Of a stretch of DNA of 64,000 nt, positions 50,801 through 64,000 are shown in pieces. This stretch comes from Nemertoderma westbladi (taxonomy: Eukaryota > Animalia > Xenacoelomorpha), in assembly GCA_032718475.1 (NCBI GenBank), contig JAUCBJ010008288.1:1-64000 (forward strand), read 5' to 3'. Position 1 is the first letter of the stretch. Every line of letters starts with the position of its first letter. A model generated the notes under the pieces. It was not told the origin of the DNA and ran no database searches. It saw only the letters and a program-made list of their open reading frames with translations. A program made the translations under genes and the position numbers.

Positions 50801-53800
50801 CAAGGCTCGAACCAAAGATAGGAGAGAACAGGTTGCCAAGACTCCTCCTCAGTCTCCTAACAGAATGCACGGAAGAAAGCCCGAAGAAAGAACGAGAGTG
50901 CATCAAGTTACCCAAGGTAAAGTGAGTAACATAAAACCTAACTGTGCGCTGTGCGACGGGACCCACCGTTTGAGTGCGTGTGCTGAATTTCTAAAGAAAT
51001 CCCTTGTAGACAGACGTGCAGTCATGTGGGATAAGCGGTTATGCTATAATTGCCTCAGATCAGGACACCAACGGCGAACCTGTTACTCCGACGTAAAGTG
51101 TGCAAAATGTGACGCGAAACATCACATCTTGTTACACAGTGAGTTCGAACGAAACAACCCGAGTAAGGTAAGTGAGCCCGAACTACATGTCCAATTCAGT
51201 GATGTAAATGACACTGATCAAGAATCTGAGATGGAAGGATTCTATACTGACGAATTCTCCGACGCCAACGAATCCTGTTATCTAATCATTACCGCGGTGT
51301 ATCGAGCACTTACTTATGAAAAGGACACCGACAATGAGTTCCCCCCAACTACTTTTGCCAGACAACCATCTTGGAAAGCTCCAACTTCCAATGTAGGAAT
51401 CAGAGAATTTCCTGTAGTGCAGGTAAGAGTTCACGGTCCTAACAAAAGTTACATAGTGAACGCCCTCCTTGACTCCGGCAGCACAGGAACATTCATCGAT
51501 CAAGAACTAGCCGAAGATATCTTTGCTGGACAACCCAAATTCCGGACTAAATTGAATATGTCAGGAATTATGCAGGTTTGGAAATCTACCCTAACGGCAG
51601 ACTACTATGTAGGTGTGTTGTCCACCCCCCAGGATAAACTAGGAGCACAAGGTATAAGGTCGGTAAAAATGGTGGCTATAAAGAACTTCGCTACTACCCA
51701 AGCAGACCTTTATAATTGGGACGAGGATGAGAGCATCCAACATCTTAAGATACCTCGATTCCAGACAAGATTATCCTGGAGTGCAAATACTCATCGGCCA
51801 AAATGCGCATGAGGCGCTCGAGACATTGGAGAAACGGCCTGCTCAACCGCAGCCACTGCAAACCTATGCGGTAAGAACTAGAGTAGGTTGGTACTTTACT
51901 GGCCCTTCCCACAAAACTCTCGAAGAGAGAATGCCACGAGAACGAATATACCAAGTAAACGATTGGGAAGTGGAGAGCAGTGAGGTGGACGAACTAACTG
52001 AGGGAACACCATACTCCTCAGATAATGACGACATCTACCAACTCTTCGATGAAGAGAACACAATCGACCTACTTATAGAAAACAAAACGTGGAAAAACCA
52101 GGTGAACCTATGTCAACTGATTCGCCCATCGGGACCCATTGATTACAATGACGAACTAAATGATGAGATAGAGCGATACAACGCTAGAACTCGGGACGAA
52201 CTCGCCGTACGATTCTTTACTCAAGAATTAGTAGAGCCCAATTCATACGATAAGGCCCTATCGATAGAAGAAGAAAGAGCCAAGCAAATCCAGGAAACAA
52301 CTACCCGTTTTTTAAAAGACCAAGGTAGATATGAAATCGGCCTACCATTTCGAAAACGAGAACCTAGATTTATAAATAACAGACCCTTGGCAGAGAAAAG
52401 AATCACTCAATTGCATCGACGCCTTATGGCTAATGCTTCAGCTAAAGAAATGTACCAAACTCAGTTGAAGAAATTTATAACAAAGGGATACGCGGAGTGA
52501 GTACCGGAAGGAACACCAGTGACTGAGAGAACGTATTACTTAACACATCATTACGTTCCCAAACCCAGTAAACCCCACGAAGTACGAGTCATATTCGATG
52601 GCTCCGCTCTATATATGGGCCAATCCCTCAATTCCGAGTTGTTACCAGGACCCAACTTACTCCAATCCTTGTTGGGAATACTTTTGAGATTAAGACAATA
52701 TTCCATCGCGTTCGCCTCCGATATAGTAGGAATGTTCTTACAAGTCAAGGCGCTGGATAGAGATAGAGACAGCCTGAGATTTCTGTGGTGGCCTGAAGGA
52801 GATCTCAACCAAAAACCGGTAGAGTACTGGATGACCATCCAGGCTTTTGGGATCATATCAAGCCCTTCCAACGCCTGCTCCGTGGTGCGGACCACTGCGA
52901 ATGACAACCGAGACGCCTTCTCCAAAGAGGTGATAGACAACATCAAGCGTAATATATACATGGACGACAATTTAAGGTCCCTTCCATCAGTAGAAGAAGC
53001 CATTGATGTCTCGAAAGGAACGGTAGAGTGTTTGAAAAGAGGTGGATTTCGACTGACGAAATTCACCAGCAACTCCCGTGAGTTTCTGGAAGCGATACCG
53101 GTAGAAGACCGAGGAACTAAAGACCTAGACTTAATAAAGGACGATCTTCCAGAAACCAAGACGCTTGGCTTGAAGTGGGACACTGAAAGAGATATCCTGT
53201 TTTTTCAGCTAAAACAGCGAGATAATCCAGTTCGGACCAAACGGATTTGTTTAAGTATCCTGAGCACTTATTTCGACCCATTGGGATTTATTAGCCCAGT
53301 TATATTGATTGCTCGGAGTTTAGTACAACAAATGTGGCTTGAAAACCACTCGTGGGACGATCCGCTTAAGGGAGAACTGTTAAAGAAATGGATGAAATGG
53401 GAAGATTCTCTACCTGCCATCGAGAGCTTTGTAATTTCCCGTGCATATTTTGGTCATGTTCTTCCTACGTATTCCTATCAACTCCATGTGTTTGGAGACG
53501 CCAGCGACATGGGAATAGGTATAGTAGCATATCTGCGAGTCGAAACTCCTGATGGAATCAAAGTCGCCTTGGTTACCTCTAAGGCATTGATTAACAACAA
53601 GTTAAAGGTTCCTCGAGCGGAGTTAAAAGCGGCTTTATACGCTACAGCCATCGGCCGGAACGTAACAGAACAAATCGACTATCCATTGGAGAAAACTGTT
53701 TATTGGACCGACGCTTTACTCGTGTTGGAGTATATAACCAATGAAGTCTGTCAGTTCAGCGTTTTTGTTACTAACAGGGTAGCTATTATTCTTAGTCGCA

Positions 53801-55834
53801 CAAAGATCGATCAATGGAGACATTGCCCTGGTACGATTAATCCAGCCGATATCGCCTCCAGGGGAGCAACTCCACAGGAACTGATAGATACTCCAGATTG
53901 GTTGGGTGGACCCGACTTCCTGAGCAAGGAAGAGGATGAATGGCCTCCTCACCTTACTACGGCAGAGATTAGACAAGCCAAGGGAGCGGAGACAGTCAAA
54001 CCTAAAACCCGGGCGAGTAAATCGAAGTTATTTAAACCGACTATCGATCTATCTGTATTACATACTTCCGGAAACGATGCTTCGGATCCACAATCCCTCG
54101 CCACAATTAAGTCTGTTGTGGAAATTAGAGATAGAGATTGGAAATCTGGAATACCAGACGTCTCACAAGGAATCTCACCCCTGCTGCAGAGAGCAATGCA
54201 TCACTACAGTTCCTGGAATCGGCTCTGTAAAGCCGTCACATATTTAAGGAGATGTTTTCATCATCACTACTCCAGGACGAAGACCATTAGTGATACCGCT
54301 CCATTGACATCTGCGCAAGTTCATGTTATTGAAAATTTACCCAAATATAAGAGAAAATTTAAAGGAGAAAATTAGTTACCAGGAGCATGAAGAAACCAAT
54401 AAGCAGATACTGAAACTCCTGCAATGCTATGAGGATTCCGATAAGTATTTCCTGTTGTTGAGAAATCCGCAGATGCGCTTAAGGGATCGATTCTCTAGCA
54501 CAATGATAGATGGGTTAATACGTGTTGGAGGAAGGCTCACCAATGCGCCATTATCCTTTGACACTAAATTCCCCATACTCATTAGAAATCTTGAAGTACA
54601 AATCAAGATGATTGTAGATGTTCACAGTAAACTTTATCATGCTGGTAGAGAACGAGTTCTTAGCGAAATTCGAACTCGCTATTATTTTGATAAACCCCGT
54701 AGAGCTCTGAACCAAGTTCTTAGGAACTGCATACCCTGTAGGAAAGCATTCAGTAGGCCTTTAACACAGCGAGAGGCAGAATTACCTAGGGAACGAGTAA
54801 GCTTCTATGAACCACCTTTTACTAATACTGGTGTAGATTTATTTGGCCCTATTGAAGTATATTGTGCTAGGACTATAGTCAAGAAATGGTGTGTCATCTT
54901 CGTATGCATGACTTGTAGAGCCATCCATCTCGATATGGTGAACGATCTATCTACCAACAGCTTCGTCTTAAGTTTACGCCGACAGATCGCTCGCTTCGGG
55001 ATGAGTAATACCATGAGATCGGATAAGGGAACGAACTTCATTGGTGCCAACAACGAAATCCAGGCTTACATGAAGGACTGGAACCAAAGACAGGTGGACG
55101 ATCAGCTAAGGATAACAGCGTCTAGCTGGACCTTCAACGCCGCCGACGCCCCTTGGTGGGGAGGAAGTTGGGAGAGATTAATTAGAAGTGTCAAGACCGC
55201 ATTTCACTTTATAGTGCCATGCCGCGCGTATCTCACCGACGAACTTTTGCGGACGTTAATGGAGGAAATAGCTGCCTATCTCAACGAGAGACCGCTTATG
55301 CCAGTCTCATCGAGTCCCGATTCCCTGGAAGCGCTAACACCCGCGCACTTCCTACTGAAGAAACCTGTAGCCATGCTCCCACGATCGGAGATTGCCGACG
55401 GAGACGAATACTGCCGTCGAACTTGGCAACTTATGCAGTTGCTATCCCATCGTTTCGCTGACCATTTCGAGAAACATTATCTGCCCACGCTACAACTTCG
55501 AACCAAGTGGTTTGCGCAGCAAGAAAACGTCAGCGCCGGAGATATGGTGCTTATTGTAGATTCAGACCTCCCACGTAAACGGTGGCAGACAGGTCGTATC
55601 ATCGAGACTCACATCTCGGATGATGGTTTAGTACGCTCGGTAGAACTCGTCGTCATGCGGCGTAACTTCAAGAAGCCAGGCATAATCTTTGAGACGCAAC
55701 AACTCAACCGCCCAGTTGGTCGTTTATGTTTACTGGAAAGAGACAGAGAACTCTCCGGAAACTATGGAAGACAAGACACTCTTCCCACGACCACCTCCCT
55801 AATTCCTCAAACATCTAGGGACTCCCCAACGTGA
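47863..55834 (+). pseudogene. BEL/Pao gag-pol (about 2,650 codons) with long N-terminal extension; several frameshifts and TGA stops (50556, 52498)
   Basis: KFNGDEMKWLPF gag, knuckles CALC..H..C, CYNC..H..C, CAKC..HH..H; ALLDSGS protease; YMDD RT; FGDAS RNase H; GVDLFGP, SDKGTNF, WERLI integrase. Confidence 0.95.
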
Positions 55835-57456
55835 TACGTCTGGAGTGGGTGCATGACTATATTATTTTATCTATTTTATTATATTTTATATGTGAACATT
55901 ATTATGTACTTTATTATAATCGTTTTTATTCAATTTTATTTAGGGGAAGGTTATTTTAGATTATTTGGTAGATTAGTGCAATATATTAGTGTTTATTACG
56001 TAATTACATATATAATATATATTTAGTGTGACGGCGAGAAATAATTTTTTCTGTTTCCTTACTGTCCGTATCATATTATAAATACGTGACTACAGTAAGA
56101 TGAAATGTCCGTACTTATTAAAGTACAATAAAGCCACTACTATATTCAAGTATTATTGGTAGGCAGAGTATTAGGAATGCAAAGTTCAGATCCTCGTGTC
56201 TCGGCTAAACCAAGCTCTGGGTAGACCTTGGAAACGACTTGCCTCTTCACACTGACATTGCTTCGTGCGATATTGCTCTTCTACCTTATATTAAATAATA
56301 CATATAGTAGCGTGATGTCCCTCTAACAGTAGCGTAAAAACGCAAATAAATCTGTTAAACCTTTTTGACCATCTGTAATTCTAGTCGATTAAGATATCGC
56401 GGCACCCACCGATATACTTGAAAGACAAATTCTAGAATCAGTGGTTAACGTCCCCAGACAAGTTCTGGAATAAATCGGTGCCCATTTTAAATATTAATTT
56501 AATATTTATTAAAATCTGTAAAATTCAGATCCTTTAAAATTTCTAGTCAATTAAGATATCGCAGCACTGACCGATACTCTTAAAGGACAATTTTATAGAA
56601 TTAAGGATCCTCAGTCCCCAGACATGCTCTGGAATAAAAATTGTGTCAATTTTAACATCAAATAATAAAATTCATGGGAATAAATTTAAATTCATATTTT
56701 AAATGAATTTCATAAATTGTCATTTTGTGCAATTTATAACCTTCCCAAAATTCCATTAATTAATAGATCATGGGAGCGGAGATTCATCCTATTGAGTGTA
56801 TTAGAGTGCGAGAATCTCCAACATATAGTCAATAGCCGATAAAATTAATAAAATCATGCATAAAGAGGATATTGACAATTAAAGAATTACTATTAAATAG
56901 CATTCCAGATCTGTATGCATGAGAATTACCCTAATTCTACCGCTAGCTTTCCATAATGTCACCATAGCAACACCCACGCTAGAATTAGAAGCAAGTTAAA
57001 AGAACAATAGAAAGCTTGTCCCATTGCATAGCATAGAGAATACATAGCACACTGTTAGTATCCAAGGATACAAAGTAATAACGTGACATTCTGGAAGGCA
57101 CTGACTAACGGACAAATGGCCTGTATGTGTACAATTGGTGACAGTTGTGTGGAATTTGTGCATTTATAGGTGAATGTTACTGCTAAAGTATGTTTACAGT
57201 AGCTAGTCGCAATTGTAAAAGTAGCCCAACTCTCCTATAGAAAGAACCTCAAGTGGATCCAAGCCTTTGGGACGGACAGTGGAGTGACTTGTGCCGGTTA
57301 TCGTTGTCGTGCTGTTGCTACATGTTGGCGTAAACACCGCGACGACGGTACATCGGCGCTGAGAATCCCACTGTCCGGGGGCAAAGAGAGGTAGGCAGCG
57401 ACGCCCGCTCGCCTAAACATAAACTCATTTGATATTAATAAACTCAGATAGCAGAT

Positions 57457-60400
57457 ATGACGGAGTTGATAGAAGATGATCTTGGTATTAGGGAGCGATA
57501 TACTCTACCTTTACAAGCATTTGTGGATAGCTTAATACGCGGTGAAGCCGATCCAACCATTACAGAGGACGATGGTCGTTATATCGAACCGCCGATGTCC
57601 CAAGAGCAACTTGCGCGTGAATTGGATTATCGAAAATTCACCGCTCGCTATACGAATCGTAATGGTACGTATATGGACTTCTTAACTACCGGCCATCCTA
57701 TCGATTTACATGATACGGACGATGTAGATACAGAGAGGGAAATGGTTCTATTTAAATATCATACCCAGCGGAGTCGTAACGATAAACCGAGAATAGATCA
57801 TGAAAATTCTATTCGTAATAGACTGGAAAGAGAAAACGTTGAAGAACCGGATAAACGCATCGACTTCAACGAATACCTAGAATTTTTGAGAGAAACCTAT
57901 CTCAACATCGCCAGTCAGCAGAACCTAGAGACACGATATCCTCAAGGTATACATCATGACCCTGTGGTAGAACTCAAACGGCTCTATTTCACTATGATGT
58001 ATCTTACCGCCGATCGTCCACTACCTGTTATCCCGGATAGTTTTGAACAAATGGAAGAATATTGCAAAACTGGAGAACGATCACCCGCGTTTCCTCTGCA
58101 GGACGTACGTCTTTGGTATTATTGTGACGAATGCCCTAGACCCAACCAACAAACTGAAAGACATAAACATCCGCGGAGACGTTGCGCTAAACACAGCTTT
58201 ACGCGTTACACTTACGGGAGTTTCGAGTGAAACCTGTTCGACGTACCACCTACGATCGCTCGTCTTAAACGATCACTGAATAAACCCATGATCAGAGTTC
58301 CGGAATACTCGGTCAGGCCTCCTCATTCCCTAGTGAGACCTCAAACTCTTGATCCTAACAGTATCACTGATCCTCCCGAACTATATTCCCTGTTCAAAGA
58401 CTTAGTGTTACCCGAACAATTAATCGGTGGTGCTCCGGTAGTGGGTTCGTTAGACATTCGCCCATCCTACTTAGCCGGATTGGGACGCGGGCAGCTAATA
58501 TCGCCCTTTGATCCTTACAATCGTCCAGGATTAAATCCGATGCAACCCGCCACGGAAGTCGAGGAGAGCGTTATAAGAAACGCTTTAGACGCTATTCGAC
58601 AGAAGATCGGAAAGGGAACACAAGATTGTTTAGAGAAACGTAAATTACAACAACAAGTCCAATCGGTGAAGGACTTAGCCTTGCCACAGTTCGATAGAGA
58701 AATCCAAAACCTCGAGGAGGACATCGAGCTTGGACTCACATATTCTCTACAAGAATTTTTAGATGAACGCTTACAGAGACAAGCGGAAGAAAATCTACTC
58801 GAAGAGAAACACACGAAAATGGACGAGAGAGAAGAAGCCGCTTTAGCCCAACCTGAAGCTCAAATCCTTATGACGGATCTCTACTCTAAAACCGTCCGTC
58901 ATCCCTTGATGATTCCACATTTCGGAGACAAACTCTTCGCGATGATACAACCTCAACCGGTTGATATCAGTACAGGATCGCAAAATCTTATCGCTGACGC
59001 CCCTATGTTACAGCGTCCGCCGATCGAGGCTGCTCGTGTTGATGGTATACTCGTTGAACCTCCGGACAATCGAGCGGATCTTGTCCGTCGTATGGTACAC
59101 GATGTCAACATATGCGCTAGACCTTTACAGAACTCGTTTTATGGGATTAAAGACCACCCTTATTACGTTAATCTGACTCAAAATTATATGGTAAAACCAG
59201 AAGACCCGACGCATAATTTAAAGTTTCTACCACTAATAAATCCTCTAGACATTGTCGAACTCGAACAATTGCAGAAACATCTGGATCAGTTAGTAAAGGT
59301 AAACTCATTTAGAAAACCATATAACATTTCTCGAATCGAGAAGGATATAGAACCTCCTTATAATCTCGATGGATTTATTAAAACTCGATTAGTCCATTGG
59401 AATCTAGATGTATTATTTGAAGAAGAGAAAATACAAAGATATGGAAATGTGGAGACGTATACCACTCGGCACATGAAGTATAGTGATCTCCCTGACGCTA
59501 ACCAATGCGCCACCTTGTGGCATCCAGTAGGAATGACCCTAGAGAACGCCACCAAGGAGTGGAATGAAACTCTTAATGTTATTGAGATGTATGGAGTTGT
59601 CACCTACGATAATGAAGGTAGCGTTCCGGTCGGAGAACTAGGAACTACGCGCATGATCCACATACGTGGATTAGCTGGTTCTACCCACGTGTTTACTCGA
59701 GCGTGTTCCGACGTGATTGATTATTCCTTTGAAACTCTCACCGAAACACAAAGGAATCTCCGACATGGACAATTCGAACTCGCGCAGCGTTACGTCATTG
59801 ACACCGAACACAAACCGGCCATGGGTATCGATGGATCGATGTTACCCCAGCCCGTACTCGAGATGTTGTTCAACGAAAGAATCCTTAAAATCGGCTCAGC
59901 TGTTTATGGAGATCTCCAAAACGACTTTCGGAATATGGAGAACATTCCATACCCTTTCGTTGATACTCAGCTGATTGCTCCCTGGGCAGAAGGTCGAGGT
60001 TTCTTCCGCACCATGTATGCTAATACGTCTAGCAACATTACAAAGGTGCAACGAACTTCCATCGGACATCTTGCATTTCAGGAATATGGATGGAATTTCA
60101 AAGTCGGAAATCCCATCAACTATCAACAAGTATACGGAGATCATTATTCTCGATTATACTTTGATGGACCATTGACCGCACCTGGCGCCGTGTATAGCTT
60201 CATGAGTGTTCCACTCCGTCCCTCCTTAGCTATCTACACGATCTTTGAAAACACCGCACTTGCCGGTTGGCTAGCCGATGTGTGCAGTCGTACTATACGC
60301 GCCCATCCATTAATACTTGGGACCAAACTCGCTAAGCTAGATGAACATAATAAATTCATCCGCTTCGAATGTTTCCGGCGATTTTTAACCCCGTTCCGCA

Positions 60401-61709
60401 ACGTGGATAGCCAATTTAAAGACCGCGCTTTGACCAAGCTCAGCCTAAGAAACTCAGCTGCAGAGAAGTTGGATAGCGCTGGATTCGCCATTTTCAAAGA
60501 GATTTGTATATCGAACTTGCACTCCTCTGTTATACAAAGACCTCGAATCCCCACAGGTTATTCTGTCGTGGAAATTCAGACAATAGGTCCAATTGAAGAG
60601 ACAGACACGCCCACCTCAGCTATGCACTTGGAAGACGAACCAATATGTCTAGAATCTGAGGAGATTCAGCCTATCGGCCCCGGAACAGCGACAACGATTA
60701 CATCATAGAATGGTATCAAGGTCCACAGTGTCTCACTGCGTACGATTATCGACATGCCAACTATGTTTCTAGGCAACGTTGTCGGTTATGCGCATCGAGA
60801 GACCATGATACGCCCATGGACACAAACGTCCGCTGTTCCTATTTCCAAGAACAACCGACGATGGAAATTTATTGCGCATATTGCAGACTTAACAACTTGC
60901 ATATTTTTGCGGTTTGCCCTCAATTTATGACTCAATGTCACCATTGTCAACTAAAGGGACACGCCAGTTTCGATTGCCCCTTTAATCACGATTTGGAAAG
61001 CGTAGATGAAATGATCACACTACGTTACATCAGAGCTTGGGAAGCGAACGCTGATTTACATTGTGATTCGCGCCATCGCTATTATCCTGGACGCGCTTAC
61101 GAAGGAGTTTATGCGTTCCATCCTTATCTATTCGCTTCTGTCGAACAGAAATCACGCATATCGAGTTACGAACTACTGAAGCGCGTCGGAGAATGTATTT
61201 CAACCAAGTTCGTACGCAAATTTCTTAGGAGTGTTAATCCTAGCGACCTTCATTCCTATAACTTAATCAATTATATCCGTCAGGATCCGGACTATGGAGA
61301 CTTATTTGTTAACTCACACCCCGAGTTACAGGAAGTATATCGACGGCCTTACGAATACCGAGCCCGCGAACGCGAGTTGGAAAGAACCATTAAACCCAGG
61401 AGGTTTCTGACTGCCTATGGTCCACCCACGGCTCTCGTTCAGACCACTCGTAAAGGACCCGTAAGAGCGGCTGTCCTAAAACGCGCTCTCAAGGCCGTTA
61501 GACCCCTCTCCCCAGACGTTGATGTCAATCAACCCGGTACTTCGACTGGCGGATACACCGACCATAATCCTACACCCTCTGATGCAATCATATTGCACCC
61601 TTCACCCCGGAGTTATAGCCCTCCTTGTAAAGTGGCTCGCCCCAAAGAGAAAAGGACTCTGGCCAGCTTTAAAAAACTGCGTAAACGCCGTCCGCGCAAG
61701 AAAGACTAA
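57457..61709 (+). CDS. Accessory ORF of the giant BEL element: coiled coil, DEDDy-like 3'-5' exonuclease domain, three CCHC-type knuckles, basic tail; split by one TGA and one frameshift
   Basis: 57457-58230 and 58288-60708 share a frame with only TGA 58228 between them; the 60816 frame is open from 60660; VVTYDNEG, LPQPVLEMLFNERILKIGSAVYGD..FVDTQ, PLRPSLAIYTIFE. Confidence 0.75.
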
Positions 61710-63063
61710 CTGTTTAGAGTATTTACATATATTAGAAACTGTGATTTTTGTATATTTATAGACTTGAATCCCATTTTCTGGGAGCGGTGTAAAAGCTTTT
61801 GCGGATATAATCAGTCCCCTCGCCCGCAAAGTACCGTTATAGGTGTTTTAACGGACATAAAAGTCATTATTCTATATGGGTGCTTTGGAGGACATGGTAA
61901 GACATAAAACCCGCAATGCGTCAAATACTCTAGCACAGCTTAGCCTTGATGATTTAGATTACGACATCTAACAGCTGGTTGCTGGCATGGAAACGGCCAT
62001 TGGACACATGGTTCTTTGTTTAGCTTAACAGCCAATCAGAGCGATTTTTTCTGTCGATGTGGAGATATTTGGCAGATCGTGCTAGGAGTGTTCAGTCTTA
62101 CTGTTTTTTCTTGATACTGTTGTGTTGTTTCTATCTAGGCCAGGAACACCGGCTCTAGAGTCAATTCGTTACAGACTTTAGGAGAAACATTAGTAGGCTT
62201 AGATTATAGAACGTATAACTGTTATCAGTGCAACACGGCACATACATTGTCATATCATATCTTAACCTACCGTCTTAATGCTTTTTACTGTTGTTATTAT
62301 TTTGTAACAGTTGGTTGAATATTATTTGGAAAACATCTATAAAGAACCCAAATTTCGCAATTTTCTTGATACACTACAGGTTAGAGAGACAGGTTATATA
62401 CATATAGCGATTGCGACTTATATTATCGTGGTTTGTAGTGAGTTTAATGCTATTTGATAGGCACTACATGAGTCAATTGCTGTTCTCTTTATATATGATA
62501 AAATTCATTGACGGTCGGCAGATTAGTGTGCAGCATTGTGTGTTACCGGTAGTGTGCATGATTGTGACTGATAACTAAGCATTTCCTAAAGAATGCGCCT
62601 CATACGTGAATCATAAGCCTTACCGACTTACCGTTGTGTTTAGTATAAGTCATATCTCTGTTTACCTAGATAGAGCGCCACGTCCTAAAGGAACTGTTAA
62701 TATTTCCCGAAAGTGAATAATATTAGTCAGAAATTATTTATTAACGATCAATCTAATAATACAGTAAGCTTACACTGCAATAACAATCTAAGCCCTCAGA
62801 ATCCAGTCTCCCGGGTATATCCAGCGGGTGAATGGACGCGCACTAGGCTGGCTTCTGCTAATGTTGTGTTTATTGGTATTAAATATTTGTCAATTTCTAA
62901 AGTCTATTTATAAACCAAAAGACATATAAATTTTGGCAGGTTAAACTGCTAAAGGTCTTCAAAAGCGCGTACAGGTATTACACAAACACCTTCGGTGGGG
63001 GGTGGTGGGTGGTGGTTATGAGTTTGGTGCGTTTGTGAACGTTTTATAAAACGTCAATAGTAG

Positions 63064-64000
63064 CTATTTGCGTAGCCTTAGGGGCAGTCGGATGGTTCTC
63101 CCCAAACGGGTGTGGATAACGCTTGGGGGCGCCACGTGTGGGGTAGGTGTCGGTGACTGCACATGGGCTGGCGCCAGTGGGGTGCGACTGACAGCCTCAC
63201 TCCAAGTAGCCGCAATGGCGTCGAGTTGGTGGAAGGTTTTATGCCACTTCTCATCGACGACGCGACGCAGTGAAGTGGACGGGGAGGGAATCGTGGATGT
63301 TGTGGCCATAAAGCAGTTTGGTGGGTGAGTGTCCACCGTAATGTGGGGTGTTATGGAATGCGAGTATCCCTTGCGCTATCCTGCCTGAATCGAGTTTGGT
63401 TCCATTAATTATTTCTTTACTACCTTCATGGCGGCCTCGGCACGACCGTTGCGTTGGTGCGTGGAAGGTGGGGGCTGGATGGTTCCAGGGTGACGCCCCA
63501 CTGCTGGAGAAATTGTTTTACCTCCTCTGAAACGAGTTGTGTTCCTCCATCTGAGTGGAAGATGGTAGGCACAGATGTGGTGTGCAACAGCTGTCGTAGG
63601 CAGATCATGATGGGGGTCGACGTTGTGTTTGAGTTCAGGAGGAATAACGTCAGCCATCTGGTGAACTCATCAGTGACAATGAGGTAGTGGATCTGTTCGA
63701 CCTGGACGAGGTCGGCATGGGCGTGTCAGAATGGGCGAGTCGCATCGGTGTTGCGTTGCAGTGGTTCCACCATGTGGGATGGGAGGGTTGTCTGGTAAGA
63801 TTGGCACAGCTCTACCGCCTGTTTGATGTCATGGTCGATAGAGGGCCAACAAACGGATCTCCTGTCTCGATCCTGGGTCTTGTTGAGGCCTTGGTTGGTG
63901 GCGTGTTGCTGGTGGAGGGTCTCCAGACGCATCTCCACTGGGATGTAGAGCTGTGTTACATGGAGGATGATGCCATCGTGGATCATCATTTCAGTGCAGT
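63064..64000 (-). pseudogene. Degenerate Gypsy (Mag-like) integrase fragment
   Basis: DGIIL..LYIP..H..QG..WPSIDHDI..C; HADL..YLIVTDEF; SDGGTQ..FLQQWGV..SSPH..NGRAEAAMK; TRLGR C-terminus. Confidence 0.85.

Larger units (their letters stand above)
44450..62973 (+). mobile_element. Giant BEL/Pao LTR retrotransposon, 18,524 bp, with an extra ORF
   Basis: LTRs 44450-45631 and 61788-62973 (about 6 substitutions and one 4-bp indel); TG..CA; TSD GGTAT (44445-44449, 62974-62978); PPT TCTGGGAGCGG at 61777-61787. Confidence 0.95.

Noticed and set aside
57457-61709. Accessory ORF as env or as a host gene
   Set aside because: No hydrophobic signal or TM segments; intronless and inside the LTR pair directly before the PPT

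Overview
Eukaryotic (metazoan, probably invertebrate) genomic DNA, AT-rich and dominated by transposons. Two convergent host genes can be reconstructed from splice sites. One is a 4-exon LRRC9 (+, 11259-19587, one 1-bp frameshift, RFX X-boxes upstream). The other is the 3' five exons of a prokineticin-receptor-like rhodopsin GPCR (-, 43648 to 25692; TM1-3 not in the window). The GPCR introns hold a non-autonomous LTR element, a 49-bp minisatellite carrying a CRE-clade LINE and a 6.6-kb BEL/Pao element, and an 18.5-kb BEL/Pao element. The large element is the main novelty. After gag-pol it carries a ~1,400-codon extra ORF with a WRN/RNase D-like DEDDy 3'-5' exonuclease domain and three CCHC-type knuckles. 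It has no tRNA primer-binding site; the bases next to its 5' LTR are instead complementary to a segment inside the LTR. An unrelated small LTR element shows the same layout, suggesting self-priming. Also present: rearranged Gypsy fragments, RTE fragments, a Tc1/mariner MITE with an excision footprint, an IS3EU derivative with hairpin arrays, and two minisatellites that each grew from a splice donor. All calls come from reading the sequence by eye; no database searches were run.
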